A stretch of DNA of 59,141 nt, the filler included. It is 5 parts of 5 records of this genome, joined end to end, with 100 filler letters (N's around TTAATTAATTAA, not from the genome) between each part and the next. Parts side by side here need not be neighbours in the genome. Positions count along the whole stretch, not along the records: positions 15,239 to 42,470 come from SRR20825019_1351; 4 more parts are not named here. One strand, 5' to 3'. Below the pieces are notes generated by a model. It did no database searches. It saw nothing but the letters and a program-made list of their open reading frames with translations, and was not told the DNA's origin. Position 1 is the stretch's first letter. Each line of letters opens with the position of its first letter. Below, in pieces: positions 27,693 to 38,321 of this stretch. Made by a program: the position numbers and the translations under genes.

Positions 27693-29096
27693 CTACTCGG
27701 AAGCACCCCCCGAGATGGGAATATCGATAATAATGGGGACGTGGACATTTAGCGCATTGTAGTGCTCGTTCATCGAGGAGGCATTAACAAACAGGGACTT
27801 GCCGTTGAAGGTAACACCGTGTCCCTCGTGTATATGGCCGAATACATGAACCTTAGGAGGATAGGCCTCGACGAAATCAAGTAGATCGGGGCAACCAAAC
27901 CGCTCCCTCTCTTGCTTGTGATTGAACACCCAGTCCCCGTGTCCCATGGGTGGGCCGTGGGTCAGCAAGACGTCGATGGCAGCCTTGGGCATACTAGCCC
28001 ACTTCTCCCTGCATCCCCCTTTAGTCGTCCCACGTGGTAGATTGAACGCCCAAGAGTAGAATTCGGGTTGATAGGGGCTACCATAAACTTTAAGAGCAGA
28101 GTCTGTCACCACGCCTTGGTGGTCCAGATACATGCAGCAGCTCCTCATGGCATCGATGGTGCGATTCTTCACCAATCGCTGACATCCAAAGCGCACATAT
28201 GCATCTTCATAAAAGGAGTAGTCAAGGCTAAGATCGTGATTCCCAGCTATAACAGCCACTTCGGGAATATTGTGGGAATTCCGGATTTTACGTATCCATT
28301 CGCAGAAGCTTGCAACGTCCTCCTGTGAGCCCACATCGCTAAAATCACCGCCATGCACCATCAAATCAATGCTACCATCGGCAGGAATAAACACGTCGAG
28401 CTTGTCATGATAGTTGTGGGTATCGGACACACAGCACACCCGTATGGTGTCTGGGGCCTTCTTGGCTCGGATAGGGTCCAACTCCCAAGTGTAAGGGCCG
28501 TACACCACTTTGTGGTACCCATCCCCCTTGGATACAATAGGTACGTGTACCCCTGCCTTACCCGGTACGGGAGAGGTGGTGGTGGTCCGTACCCACTGCA
28601 CCACCCAGGGGTGCTCAATCCACCCATCCTTCTCATCACGGGTGGATGTCCTGAACTCAGTGGTACTCCTTGCTTTCCCTGTGGTGGTACCACCGTCCTT
28701 TACATCCCCATCCACCACAATCCGCACTCGTTGGATGGTGCTGCGTGGCTCGACCCACTTCTTAAAGAGCTCAGGGGGCTCCTGTCGGACAACTGCCTCC
28801 GGCGCACCACATAGTAGCCCAGAGAACGACTCCTCGGCGGTTCGGATCGGTCCTCCGATGGACGCTGCCCATGCCTCAGACGCCTCATGCGTTTGGGATG
28901 ATGGTGGCATCGTTGCACCACTACCACTATTACCCATAGGTGTTGACATTAGTGATGGGAGAGCGTGGTTTGAAGTAGTGTAGAGTAAGGATTGTTGATG
29001 TTGTTGTTTTTTTGATGTTTTTGTCTTCGAAAGTGTAACCTTCGATGGCAATGTCTTCGTATTTTTGAGCAGTGTGCGGCTAGCAAAACCAAACAT
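27693..29096 (-). CDS. Calcineurin-like metallophosphoesterase (MPPED/239FB-like)
   Basis: VSDTH, HGGDF, IAGNHD, LTHGPP, VFGHIHEG. Confidence 0.9.
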   Translation of the reverse strand: MFGFASRTLLKNTKTLPSKVTLSKTKTSKKQQHQQSLLYTTSNHALPSLMSTPMGNSGSGATMPPSSQTHEASEAWAASIGGPIRTAEESFSGLLCGAPEAVVRQEPPELFKKWVEPRSTIQRVRIVVDGDVKDGGTTTGKARSTTEFRTSTRDEKDGWIEHPWVVQWVRTTTTSPVPGKAGVHVPIVSKGDGYHKVVYGPYTWELDPIRAKKAPDTIRVCCVSDTHNYHDKLDVFIPADGSIDLMVHGGDFSDVGSQEDVASFCEWIRKIRNSHNIPEVAVIAGNHDLSLDYSFYEDAYVRFGCQRLVKNRTIDAMRSCCMYLDHQGVVTDSALKVYGSPYQPEFYSWAFNLPRGTTKGGCREKWASMPKAAIDVLLTHGPPMGHGDWVFNHKQERERFGCPDLLDFVEAYPPKVHVFGHIHEGHGVTFNGKSLFVNASSMNEHYNALNVHVPIIIDIPISGGASE

Positions 29097-29256
29097 TTTG
29101 AAGAGGAGAATTTCACTAGGAAAGTTAAACTTTCAGCAACAAGTTATATTTTAAACAAATCAGAAACTCTTAAAATTAAAAATGGAAGGTTTGAGAATCT
29201 AAAACGGTAGGGGTTCTATTGGATACAGTCCGAGTCGCAGTAATTATTATAAACAG

Positions 29257-32157
29257 CTACCATCTGCACTCGGCCATCTCCCACAGCGAGGGGCTACAGA
29301 GCAGATTACTGAGGGCCTCCTCCTCGTCATCATCATCATCATTCACTACCGTACCAGTGGTTGGGGTGATACATTTTACGTCCCCCATTTGGCGGTGAAT
29401 GGGCTCCATGTTGGTGGTAGTAGTGGTAGTTTGATTGTGCACATCCTGGCCAGTTGAGGGGCTAGAAGAAGACGACTTACACCTGGGGGCATCGCTACTC
29501 CTTTCATTGACGGAAGCCGCCTTCGCTATTGATGTTGTTGATATTACAGTACCATGTGTGATATTCTCTTCATCGTTGATGTCGTTATCTGATGTGCTCG
29601 GGGGCTGTATGGTAACGGCCCTACTACCCACCCTCAGACGTCGTTGTGCGAACACGACCTGTGATAGTAGTTGTGATTGTCCATTCCTAAGGGCCATCCT
29701 GGCTAGGGGGGACGAGGGTGTGCTCCCTGACAATACGTTGTTATAGGGGTTGTTTATTGAGGGAGAGGGTTGTGGTTGGTGTAGTTGTGTTTGTGATATT
29801 GCTGGAGTGTTCCCTTCGACCGACAGATGTGTCCAACACTTCCCAATATTGGTACGTACACCGGTGCATCCCCCTCCAACACCCCCATGACTAGTACCAC
29901 CATACACTGCATCATTATGATGTTGTTGTTGTTGTTGAATCAACTGTTGCCCAGTCGTATTGGTATGGTAGGATTTAGATTTAGTAGATGTAGTAGTAGT
30001 ATGAAGGTGTTCATCTGTCCGTATCGGGGCCCCCTTTACATACTTCCTCCACGACATGGGAATTGGTATATCCCCCCTAACTTCTAGGGTAGACAGTGCC
30101 ACGTATGGATCATAGTAATGAGGACCTAGTATACTGGATATGAAGGCAAATCGGCACTCCTTGGGATGTTGGGCAGAGACTGATCGAGGACGTAGGGCGC
30201 GAACAAAACTTACAAGGTTCTCGGGGGAGGTGTGGAGGGAGTAAGGGACTTCAAAAATATTGGACGCAGTGTGGGGAAGTGACGATGAGGATTGTTGTTG
30301 TTGGTGTTGGCCGAGGGTGGGGTATGTTCGAGTAGTACTCTTAGCCCAACCCGTCATGATGAGGCCGTAATACCTTGTCTGCACCACCTTCTCCCCACCA
30401 CCCCCACCAGCAGCTACCACCTCAACAGCACTATCCTTGGAGGCTTGTGCTAGGGCGTATTCACTCAGGGCAGACCTGCTGGTCACCACCTCGATACACC
30501 CTGGTGGTATTGATGATGTGGTGGTGGTGTCGCCGTGATCGTGATGTTTTTGTAGTTGATGTTGCCATTCTGAGAGTTTTGTAGCAAGTAACGATCTAGG
30601 TACAAACAGGTCTGAGCTTGGGGCAGAATCGTCGTTTTGAATAACTGGAGGAGTTGTTGTTGTTGGTACAGTGGTTGGTGTTGGTGGCAATGCAGTATCG
30701 TTGTCATCATCCTCCAAGTGATTGATATTGTTGTTGGCACCACCAGCTCCGATATCGGTCCCGATGTGCGATAGTGCAGCCAGGAGTGCATACCTAGTGT
30801 CATCCACCACCACCGTGGTACCACCTAAGATGGTAGCGAGGGATGCAAGGACGGCCTCCTTGCCAAAGTTGTTGTGGATGTACACCCGTACAACAAATGG
30901 CCGCACGACTGGGGTAACCGTTGGTAGTAGTTTGGTTGTTTGAGATCGCGTCCTTCCACCACCCACCCTACCAGTACCATCCCCTACCCCCAGCCGGCAC
31001 TGAAACCAGAGCGTTGTCCGTAGAGACTGGAAAGCCTTAACCAGCTGAGCCGAGCTCAATAGCTTGGATTTGAGTGCCGGTCGCTGTGGGTTATCGGATT
31101 GGGTAGTAGAGGTGAGATGGAGCCATGTGTCGTCGATATACATGTGATCAAGAATAACACTAGGGGAAACAGGAGGAGCAGTACCACCCACCCCCCTAGT
31201 ACCCCTATGATGATTGTTGTGGCGGTTGGAATGTGGAAGATTTGTACCAGCGTTATTGTTGTCCGACACCAGCGCAGGTGGTGTGGGAATTGTAGTACTA
31301 GCCGGCACATCACCACCACCACCACTTATTTGCATCAGGAGGTCTTCAGTGTTGGTCTCACTGTGACCACCATCATCCAAATCACCGTCACCATCATCAG
31401 AAGATAAGTAATCCTCATCCACAATGGGTAGTAGCGCGTCCCCTCCACCCCCTCTGGGCCGTAGCTCCCCTAACCAAAACCTAATGCTGTCAATCATTGG
31501 ATCCACCACGACCCTTAGATTGTTATTATGTTGGAGGCGCCTCTCGGCCCTACTCCTCTTCGCTCCTATAACCACCTGTTGTTGGGTGCTGCTATTGGCC
31601 CCTGTTGGTGCCGACTCCTGAGGGAGTTCATATTTGAAATCCCCAGTCACAAGTATGGACCCCACAACGGTGTCTGGGAATATAATCATGGCGCTGCCTG
31701 GAATGTGACGAGCTGGAACGAATACCACCACTATCGTCGGCCCACCACCCAACTTCCTCATCCCGCCATCTGCAATAGCACCACTTTGATTGGTGAAGTG
31801 TCGTTGGTAGCTACCACATTGAAGGTCTATCAAGTATGGTGTTTCAAACTCCAGCTCGACGATACGGGTACATATACACCCCTGATTAACGACATGCAGT
31901 GGCTTGGAGGAGACAACCACGTGAGAAGGAGTGGGAGGGGCTGCAGCAGTAGCATTGGTGTGGCAGCATCGACAATGGTGCGTTCGCAGCAGAGCGGCTG
32001 TAATACGTGTACAGAAGAGCATGCCTAGGTTCCAAGTGGCAGTGAGGCCCTTCATGTGGTCAGTGTGGAAGTGTGTGAGGAAATATACCTTGGCATTACA
32101 CCCATCGTGGCGGGCACCAAATTCGTCTATTACGACAGGAATAAGCGGTAACCTCAT
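29257..32157 (-). CDS. SNM1/Artemis-like beta-CASP metallo-beta-lactamase DNA repair nuclease
   Basis: FLTHFHTDHMKGL, HIPGS, TGDF, YIDDT, VPYSLHTS; first ATG at 32157. Confidence 0.85.
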   Translation of the reverse strand: MRLPLIPVVIDEFGARHDGCNAKVYFLTHFHTDHMKGLTATWNLGMLFCTRITAALLRTHHCRCCHTNATAAAPPTPSHVVVSSKPLHVVNQGCICTRIVELEFETPYLIDLQCGSYQRHFTNQSGAIADGGMRKLGGGPTIVVVFVPARHIPGSAMIIFPDTVVGSILVTGDFKYELPQESAPTGANSSTQQQVVIGAKRSRAERRLQHNNNLRVVVDPMIDSIRFWLGELRPRGGGGDALLPIVDEDYLSSDDGDGDLDDGGHSETNTEDLLMQISGGGGDVPASTTIPTPPALVSDNNNAGTNLPHSNRHNNHHRGTRGVGGTAPPVSPSVILDHMYIDDTWLHLTSTTQSDNPQRPALKSKLLSSAQLVKAFQSLRTTLWFQCRLGVGDGTGRVGGGRTRSQTTKLLPTVTPVVRPFVVRVYIHNNFGKEAVLASLATILGGTTVVVDDTRYALLAALSHIGTDIGAGGANNNINHLEDDDNDTALPPTPTTVPTTTTPPVIQNDDSAPSSDLFVPRSLLATKLSEWQHQLQKHHDHGDTTTTSSIPPGCIEVVTSRSALSEYALAQASKDSAVEVVAAGGGGGEKVVQTRYYGLIMTGWAKSTTRTYPTLGQHQQQQSSSSLPHTASNIFEVPYSLHTSPENLVSFVRALRPRSVSAQHPKECRFAFISSILGPHYYDPYVALSTLEVRGDIPIPMSWRKYVKGAPIRTDEHLHTTTTSTKSKSYHTNTTGQQLIQQQQQHHNDAVYGGTSHGGVGGGCTGVRTNIGKCWTHLSVEGNTPAISQTQLHQPQPSPSINNPYNNVLSGSTPSSPLARMALRNGQSQLLSQVVFAQRRLRVGSRAVTIQPPSTSDNDINDEENITHGTVISTTSIAKAASVNERSSDAPRCKSSSSSPSTGQDVHNQTTTTTTNMEPIHRQMGDVKCITPTTGTVVNDDDDDEEEALSNLLCSPSLWEMAECRW

Positions 32158-32490
32158 TGTTAGTAGTATGTGTGTGTCTTGTCTGCGTGCGTTTTGTGAT
32201 GTAGTGCGTCTATTGTTGAATGTATATTGAATGTTGTATGGCGTGTGTTGTGTGCGCAAGCAGTGTGTTTATTGATAGTGTGTATGTGTGCTTGTTGATT
32301 AAACAAAAGGAGCACTTCAAAGTGACTTAACGTAGAAAACAAGGTGGGAAAAGAACAGTAACGGGCTAATAATCCACAAAAATTATGATGATACCGAAGC
32401 ATACACAGTTCGGATAGTGAAAGTTTAGCGCACTCGGTTATTACTGATTTCTAAACGCATTGAGGGAGTCCATGGGGGTGGCTCCTCTCG

Positions 32491-33690
32491 TTATGCGGTG
32501 GTGGGGAAGGGAGCGACGGGGTCCCACTCGACACCGTGGGCAGCGGGCTCGAAGTACGACTTGACCATCTCGTCAGTCATGCCCTTCAAAGTGTTGGGCT
32601 GCCACTCAAACTTGCCGGTCTTGTCAATGAGGAGGGCAGTAACGCCACCCTTGAAGTTAGCCTCGGCCATGATTTTCTGGGTGGCACGGTACTCCATGCG
32701 GAAGATGTCGGCGGGGTCCTGGATCGCGGCACCGCGGTGGAAGATCTCCAAGGAGACCTTAAGAGAGGCGGGGCAGCACTTCTCGATGGTCTCAGCGGTC
32801 TTCTTGGCCCACTCACTATCATCGGACTTAAGGCTATCGAGGATGGCCTCGATAGATTCGGTAGGCTTGCCGCTAAAGTGCTTCTCGATGGCCTCAAGGT
32901 TGTCTTGGAGGGAGAAGTTGGGGATGACGATCTTGGTGTCGAGGTGCACGGCGGAGATGACATTGCTAAGGGTACGCTTCTTGTCATCAAGGGTCTCAGT
33001 GCCGTCAGTAGCAGACAACATGGTCATTCCAGCGTCGCCACCGAGAACACGCTCCAAGGTACCCATAGCCTCGGCAGGAACGAAGTGGGTAGCAATGCCA
33101 GCGTGCCACAGATCAGCGCCCTTGAGACGCTGTCCAGTGAGGCCAAGGTAAAGGCCTAGGCCCTTCTTTTCGAGGCGTGGGAGGAACCATGATCCTCCCA
33201 CATCAGGGAAGAGCCCAATGCTGGTCTCGGGCATGGCAAATACTGCCTTCTCGGACACAACACGATGGGATCCGTGTACCGACACTCCCACTCCCCCTCC
33301 CATGACAATACCGTTCCATAGGGCAACGTGGGGCACCTTAAGGGTCTTGATGGCGTAGTTCATCTGGTACTCCCTGTAGAAGAACCGCTTCTGGGCACCT
33401 GCGGGATCGTCCTTGACGATACTCACAACATCCCCTCCGGCACAGAAGGCCTTAGGGCCAGCCCCCTTAATAACAACACCATTGGAGCCGGCATGAGCAC
33501 CATCGTTGATGGCTTGGTACATGGGGAGGAGTGCCTCCACCATCTCCTCGTTCAAAGAGTTGAGGGACTTCTCCTTGTTAAGGGTGATGAGGTTGAGCTT
33601 CGTCTTGTCGGTGAAGCGGTGAAGGACGAGGGGGCTGTTGGAGGTAAGGGCGGAGGCGGCGGTGGCCAATGTGGCGGTACGACGCATCAT
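32491..33690 (-). CDS. HIBCH: 3-hydroxyisobutyryl-CoA hydrolase, mitochondrial
   Basis: AFCAGGDV, GIVMGGGVG, FAMPETSIGLFPDVG; presequence-like MMRRT. Confidence 0.88.
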   Translation of the reverse strand: MMRRTATLATAASALTSNSPLVLHRFTDKTKLNLITLNKEKSLNSLNEEMVEALLPMYQAINDGAHAGSNGVVIKGAGPKAFCAGGDVVSIVKDDPAGAQKRFFYREYQMNYAIKTLKVPHVALWNGIVMGGGVGVSVHGSHRVVSEKAVFAMPETSIGLFPDVGGSWFLPRLEKKGLGLYLGLTGQRLKGADLWHAGIATHFVPAEAMGTLERVLGGDAGMTMLSATDGTETLDDKKRTLSNVISAVHLDTKIVIPNFSLQDNLEAIEKHFSGKPTESIEAILDSLKSDDSEWAKKTAETIEKCCPASLKVSLEIFHRGAAIQDPADIFRMEYRATQKIMAEANFKGGVTALLIDKTGKFEWQPNTLKGMTDEMVKSYFEPAAHGVEWDPVAPFPTTA

Positions 33691-34356
33691 GGGCCTAATT
33701 AAATTTGTTTACAATGCTTTAAATAAAAAGTGGACAGGGGGGAAAATTGTACAGATCAAAGTCGGAAATATAACATCAAGCACATATATAAAAACACCCA
33801 CACATTGATGAAAAATGCGTGGGTTGGGAGTTAGAATGGTAGTATTTGTGGGCGATAAGATCTTCTCTCTTTCAATACCATCCAGTAACTTCGGGGAGTC
33901 TCTTTCTTTCTCTAGAATCAGGAACATTGTGTGTGTAAAACTCTGAGGTTTTCGTTCCTGTGTAACTGGAAAATCAAGCAAAATAAAAACAAAATTTGAG
34001 CGGGGTAGTCGTTATTCTTTTTTGTTGTGGTATGATGAGGTCGATGGCACGATGACGTGTTGTTGGAAAGTGTATAAATGTGTGGAAATGTGTGGTTGGT
34101 GGGAACACAGGTGTGTGATGCAAAGCGGCCATAGGTAAACGATAAATGACAACAAATTGATCTCTAAGAATCCCTCATTTCTAAACACCTTCTTCTCTCC
34201 TTTTTCTTCTTCGTGTCAAATTGCGACCCCTCAGTTTTGTTGTTTTAAGTTGTTGTGTGACACTCTCAGCAGCAAGCAGATACTAGAAGCAATAGTAGCG
34301 CCACTTTGGTGTGTGGGTGGGTGTAGCAGTTGGTGGTAGGTACGGTGGTGGAGTGC

Positions 34357-35778
34357 TTATAGGCCGGCCTTGATGATGTCCTCTAGGCTCTCAGCGAAGA
34401 AGTCCATATCCTCAATAGTGGCGCACATGGGGCCCTGGCAACGGATGACGTTACCATGGGTACCACCCTTACCGACCAGGATGCCCTTCTCGCGTAGGCC
34501 CTCGACGACCTTCACAACCTTGACGCCATCCAGAGGAGTACGGTCGGGGCTGCTGGAGGTAACCAGCTCCACACCAACCATGAAACCAGCTCCACGGACG
34601 TCGCCAATAACCTCGGGGTACTGCTTCTGGAGTGCCTTGAGGTTGTGAATGTTGTGGGTTCCCACCACCTTGCAGCGATCTTGGAGGCCATCCTCCTCAA
34701 TCACACGCAGGTTAGCAAGAGCACCGGCGCAGCTAACTGGGTTACCGCCATAGGTGTTGAAGAATGCCACGTCCTTGATGGCGTTGGCGATCTTGCGCTT
34801 CATGATGGTGAGTCCAATGGGAGCACCGTTACCCAGGGACTTAGCACAGGTAATAATATCAGGAATAACACCCTGGTTCTCAAAGCCCCAGTAGTGGGAT
34901 CCGAGACGTCCCCAGCCGGTTTGGACCTCATCCGAGATGCACACACCACCGTTGGCACGAACGACCTCGTAGGCGGCGGGAAGGTATCCAGGAAGGAGGG
35001 GGTAGAGCCCTCCGACGCCCTGGATGGCCTCGGCAATAAATGCAGCGACACTGTTGGGGGCCTCAGCCAGGATGGTCTCCTTGAGGTCCTGTACATACAG
35101 TGGGACGGTGTCAGCCTCGGACAGAGGGGTTCCATCAGCGCCGGTGGAGTTGCGGAACTTACCGCGGTAGGGGATGGGGGGGATGGCGCGGAGGATGCCG
35201 GAGGGGGTGGGGACGGCATGCTTCCACCCGGGGACGCTCACCAGACCACGAGTACCTTCGGTCATCCCGTGGTACCCGTTGCGCATGCCCACAATGGAGT
35301 GGTTACGGGTGTAGGCACGAGCACACAGGGTAGCAAAGTCGTTAGCCTCGGAGCCAGAGTTGGTGAAGTGGAATACCCACTCGTCCTCGGTGCTGGCAGC
35401 CTTGGGGAGGTGCTTGTTGATCTCCTCCATCAGCTCGAAGGTAATAGGAGTCATGTACAGGTGAGTGGTGTGGTTGATGAGGGCCAGCTGGTCCTGCATG
35501 GCCTTGACGACCTTGGGGTGGGAATGGCCGGCGGCGATGGTGCAGACACCTCCGAACATGTCGAGGTACCGCTTTCCGGTGTGGTCATAGACGTACTGCA
35601 TAGAGCCCTCAGTGAGGATGAGGGGCTCGCTGTAGAGATGCTTCTGGCAAGGGGTAAGGAACTTGGACCTCAGCTCCTTGACCTTATCGATGGCGAGGCC
35701 GGCGTAGGGCTTGGGGGTGTGGGCGTAGTGGGGAATCTTGGAGTCAGCATTCATGCGGGCGAGGCTACGACGAAGCAT
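34357..35778 (-). CDS. AGXT2: Class III aminotransferase, alanine-glyoxylate aminotransferase 2-like
   Basis: NSGSEAND, YHG, EAIQGVGG, DEVQTGWGR, AKSLGNG, FNTYGGNP; presequence-like MLRRSLAR. Confidence 0.85.
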   Translation of the reverse strand: MLRRSLARMNADSKIPHYAHTPKPYAGLAIDKVKELRSKFLTPCQKHLYSEPLILTEGSMQYVYDHTGKRYLDMFGGVCTIAAGHSHPKVVKAMQDQLALINHTTHLYMTPITFELMEEINKHLPKAASTEDEWVFHFTNSGSEANDFATLCARAYTRNHSIVGMRNGYHGMTEGTRGLVSVPGWKHAVPTPSGILRAIPPIPYRGKFRNSTGADGTPLSEADTVPLYVQDLKETILAEAPNSVAAFIAEAIQGVGGLYPLLPGYLPAAYEVVRANGGVCISDEVQTGWGRLGSHYWGFENQGVIPDIITCAKSLGNGAPIGLTIMKRKIANAIKDVAFFNTYGGNPVSCAGALANLRVIEEDGLQDRCKVVGTHNIHNLKALQKQYPEVIGDVRGAGFMVGVELVTSSSPDRTPLDGVKVVKVVEGLREKGILVGKGGTHGNVIRCQGPMCATIEDMDFFAESLEDIIKAGL

Positions 35779-36045
35779 TGGGTGCGGGTGGGCGGGAGGT
35801 GGTTGTTTTTAAATAATCAGTTTGTAAACGATAGGCTGAAAATGTGAAACAATTGTTGATAGTGCTTTAATTATATTATATTATATTTAAGTGTGAGTAT
35901 GAATGTGGGAGAATTGAAATTTTGAAATGGGACCATTTGCAGAAAATATTGTTTTGCAATGGAACAAAGAAAAATGTAATGTGGTCAAATTGTGTTAATA
36001 GTAGATAGTGTGTGTGTTTACGGCACGTCGTGTGTAGAGTGTTGA

Positions 36046-36543
36046 TTACTTTCCATCTCCACGTGGCATCTGGGGAGGTGGTGCTGAGCCCAAAGGGAAG
36101 GTATCGGGAATGGTAACAGCCACCCCTGCTCCTCCACCACTCCATCCCAACATCTTAGAATCGCACATCATGCCATTGGACATGACGCCTCCGACCTGAG
36201 TGCGCTTGATGATCACCTCCTCCCCCCCAGACTCCACCACAGCACCCTCAGTAGCAACAACACTGCGCTTTCCTGCGATGACATTGGGGGCATTGGTAAC
36301 GACCAAAATGAGCTTCTCCTCGTCGCCGGCAGCTCCCTCGTCGCAGATGGCGACCTGGAGCTTCTTGAGGGGGGCCTTGAGGAGGTCGACGGTCATGATC
36401 TGGCAGACCTTGTATCCGTGGTATCTATCCTTCTCTCCAGCGGCGGCCTGCTCGGGGTAGGGTGCCTCGCAGCTGGGGCACTCATTATCATCAGCCTCGC
36501 ACTCAAATTCACACTCGGCACATACCCATGGGTCGGTGGGCAT
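36046..36543 (-). CDS. RanBP2-type zinc finger fused to a tRNA-binding OB domain (PheT/Trbp111-like)
   Basis: W-x-C-x2-C-x10-C-x2-C; VVTNAPNV..VVA..GA..GVMSNGMMCDSKMLG. Confidence 0.75.
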   Translation of the reverse strand: MPTDPWVCAECEFECEADDNECPSCEAPYPEQAAAGEKDRYHGYKVCQIMTVDLLKAPLKKLQVAICDEGAAGDEEKLILVVTNAPNVIAGKRSVVATEGAVVESGGEEVIIKRTQVGGVMSNGMMCDSKMLGWSGGGAGVAVTIPDTFPLGSAPPPQMPRGDGK

Positions 36544-36977
36544 TATTATTATTTACTAGATATATAAAAAGGGCTGAGAAGGAAGGAAGGGGGAAGTAAG
36601 TAAAAGTAACTTGTCTTGACGAGTGCAAAAGTGTATGGCAAACAAACATATACCTACATTTAAAGAGTTTTCTGACTTAGAGAGTGATGATGGAATTTAT
36701 AAAAGTGATAGCGCCAGCTCCGAAAGGGCATAATCGTTGTTGTGTGGTGTTACTACTATTGAGGACATGTGTATAGTAGTAGTAGCTGGTTGTTGTGTTG
36801 GTTGGTTGGTGGGTCTGTGCAAAGTGCTTTATGTGTCTTGTGTGTGTGTGCAGGTGGTAAAGTTGTCTAAAAATGGGATGCATCCCACCACATGAACACG
36901 TCAAGTCACTACCGCGTACCCCCCCTCTATCTATCTGCGTGTATAATAATAATACTGACACAACCACCTCTCCTCCT

Positions 36978-38321
36978 CTACTCCTGTGGGACCAATGCAG
37001 CTAGGTTGCAGTAGGCTGTGTAGAAGTCGATAGTGGGCTTGAGATGATCCCAACGCTTCTCACAGTCACCAATGCGGTACTTCATAGGGCACTTCTTGCT
37101 GAACTCTACCCACAGCTCTAACATTTCTTTATCCATATCGCGGGTAGCAAATCCAGGAATATCCTTGGTGATGGTAGCAATTGGGAACTCCTGCCCAATG
37201 CGGTATAAATATATACCCACACGCACCCACAGAGAGAACTCCGAGGCAAGGTTAGCAGGCATCGCATCCATCCAGTCACGGACGTTGCAAAGTGCCTCGG
37301 ACTTGTTCAGTGGCATTGGGGGTCGCTTATCGCGCTTTCCCGATGAGGATGCCTCACCATCACCACCTCCAGTATGACCAAAGCGACGGAGCTGCTTGGA
37401 TGTGTCAAGCTCCGACTGGGACACCTCAACAAAACGTGTGAAGCTATCACTGGAGCGTTGGATGAAGGAGTGGAGCATCATGTCGTAGGGGGCAAGGTTG
37501 GAGATGCCGGTGGTGATAGGAACAGGCACCTCTGGGGCAGCAGCCGCCTTAGCCGCAGCCTTGGCAGTAAGGGCCGCACGGGTGTAGAGCTGGCTGTTGT
37601 CTGTGGACTTCTTGGGTTCAGCGACGGGGGCCGCGTGGGCCTTCTTGGCGGGGGTGGCTGGTGTGGGGGTGGCATCGATCAACCCCATATTGAGCTGCAG
37701 GGCCATGTCATCGTACACACTAAGAGGGGAGGTCAAATCGTCCTTCATGTTATGGAAAATACGCAACATGCCGTTGGGTCGGTAAATCTGTGGATCCACC
37801 ACGGAGCGGAGCTTGGGGTAAATAGAAGAGCGAATGAAGGCCCCGAGGTGGGCGTAGTCCTTGAAGGCGGCATCCTCCAGCTTGATGTGGATGTGGAAGG
37901 AGAGCTTCCTGAGGTTAGGGGAGACCAACACGGCTTGGCTTGACACCTTCTCCCCACGCTCCTTAATGGCCGCGTGGATGACCTCTAGTGACTCTAAAAG
38001 GCGAACTCTTTGGTGGGCTCGGACCATCTCCGCCGACTTCATTTTGTTACCAGGGATGGGCTCGTCAAGATCGAAAGCAAGGTCGAGTGGAAGGTCGGGG
38101 CGGCCAAAGACGACGTGGGAGGTTCGAAGCTCCTTGGGCATCTCCAACATTCCTTTAGCTACCTCCACCATGGGAACTCCAGGCCAGGCGTAGAACTGTG
38201 CACCGCCCTTGCGGAGCTTCCTGGCAAAGAGTACATCATCATTTGTAAGTTGGGGAAGCATATCAGCTAGCTTGTAACCCTTAATAGGATCGGTACGGAG
38301 GGTAAGACAACGACGGAACAT
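36978..38321 (-). CDS. PRI1: Mitochondrial AEP-family primase with PriCT-2 domain (kinetoplastid PRI1-like)
   Basis: AFDLD, SFHIH, VDPQIY..MLR; C-terminal WVRVG..WVEFSKKC.KY...CEKRW; presequence-like MFRRCLTLR; adjacent to SCP2-thiolase. Confidence 0.8.
   Translation of the reverse strand: MFRRCLTLRTDPIKGYKLADMLPQLTNDDVLFARKLRKGGAQFYAWPGVPMVEVAKGMLEMPKELRTSHVVFGRPDLPLDLAFDLDEPIPGNKMKSAEMVRAHQRVRLLESLEVIHAAIKERGEKVSSQAVLVSPNLRKLSFHIHIKLEDAAFKDYAHLGAFIRSSIYPKLRSVVDPQIYRPNGMLRIFHNMKDDLTSPLSVYDDMALQLNMGLIDATPTPATPAKKAHAAPVAEPKKSTDNSQLYTRAALTAKAAAKAAAAPEVPVPITTGISNLAPYDMMLHSFIQRSSDSFTRFVEVSQSELDTSKQLRRFGHTGGGDGEASSSGKRDKRPPMPLNKSEALCNVRDWMDAMPANLASEFSLWVRVGIYLYRIGQEFPIATITKDIPGFATRDMDKEMLELWVEFSKKCPMKYRIGDCEKRWDHLKPTIDFYTAYCNLAALVPQE

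Noticed and set aside
34645-35847. 400-aa ORF antisense to AGXT2, and similar ORFs over HIBCH, the primase and NTF2
   Set aside because: Same antisense shadow effect
36978-38321. Integrated giant-virus or Polinton fragment
   Set aside because: Presequence-like N-terminus, host-like codon usage, no helicase fusion and no flanking viral genes
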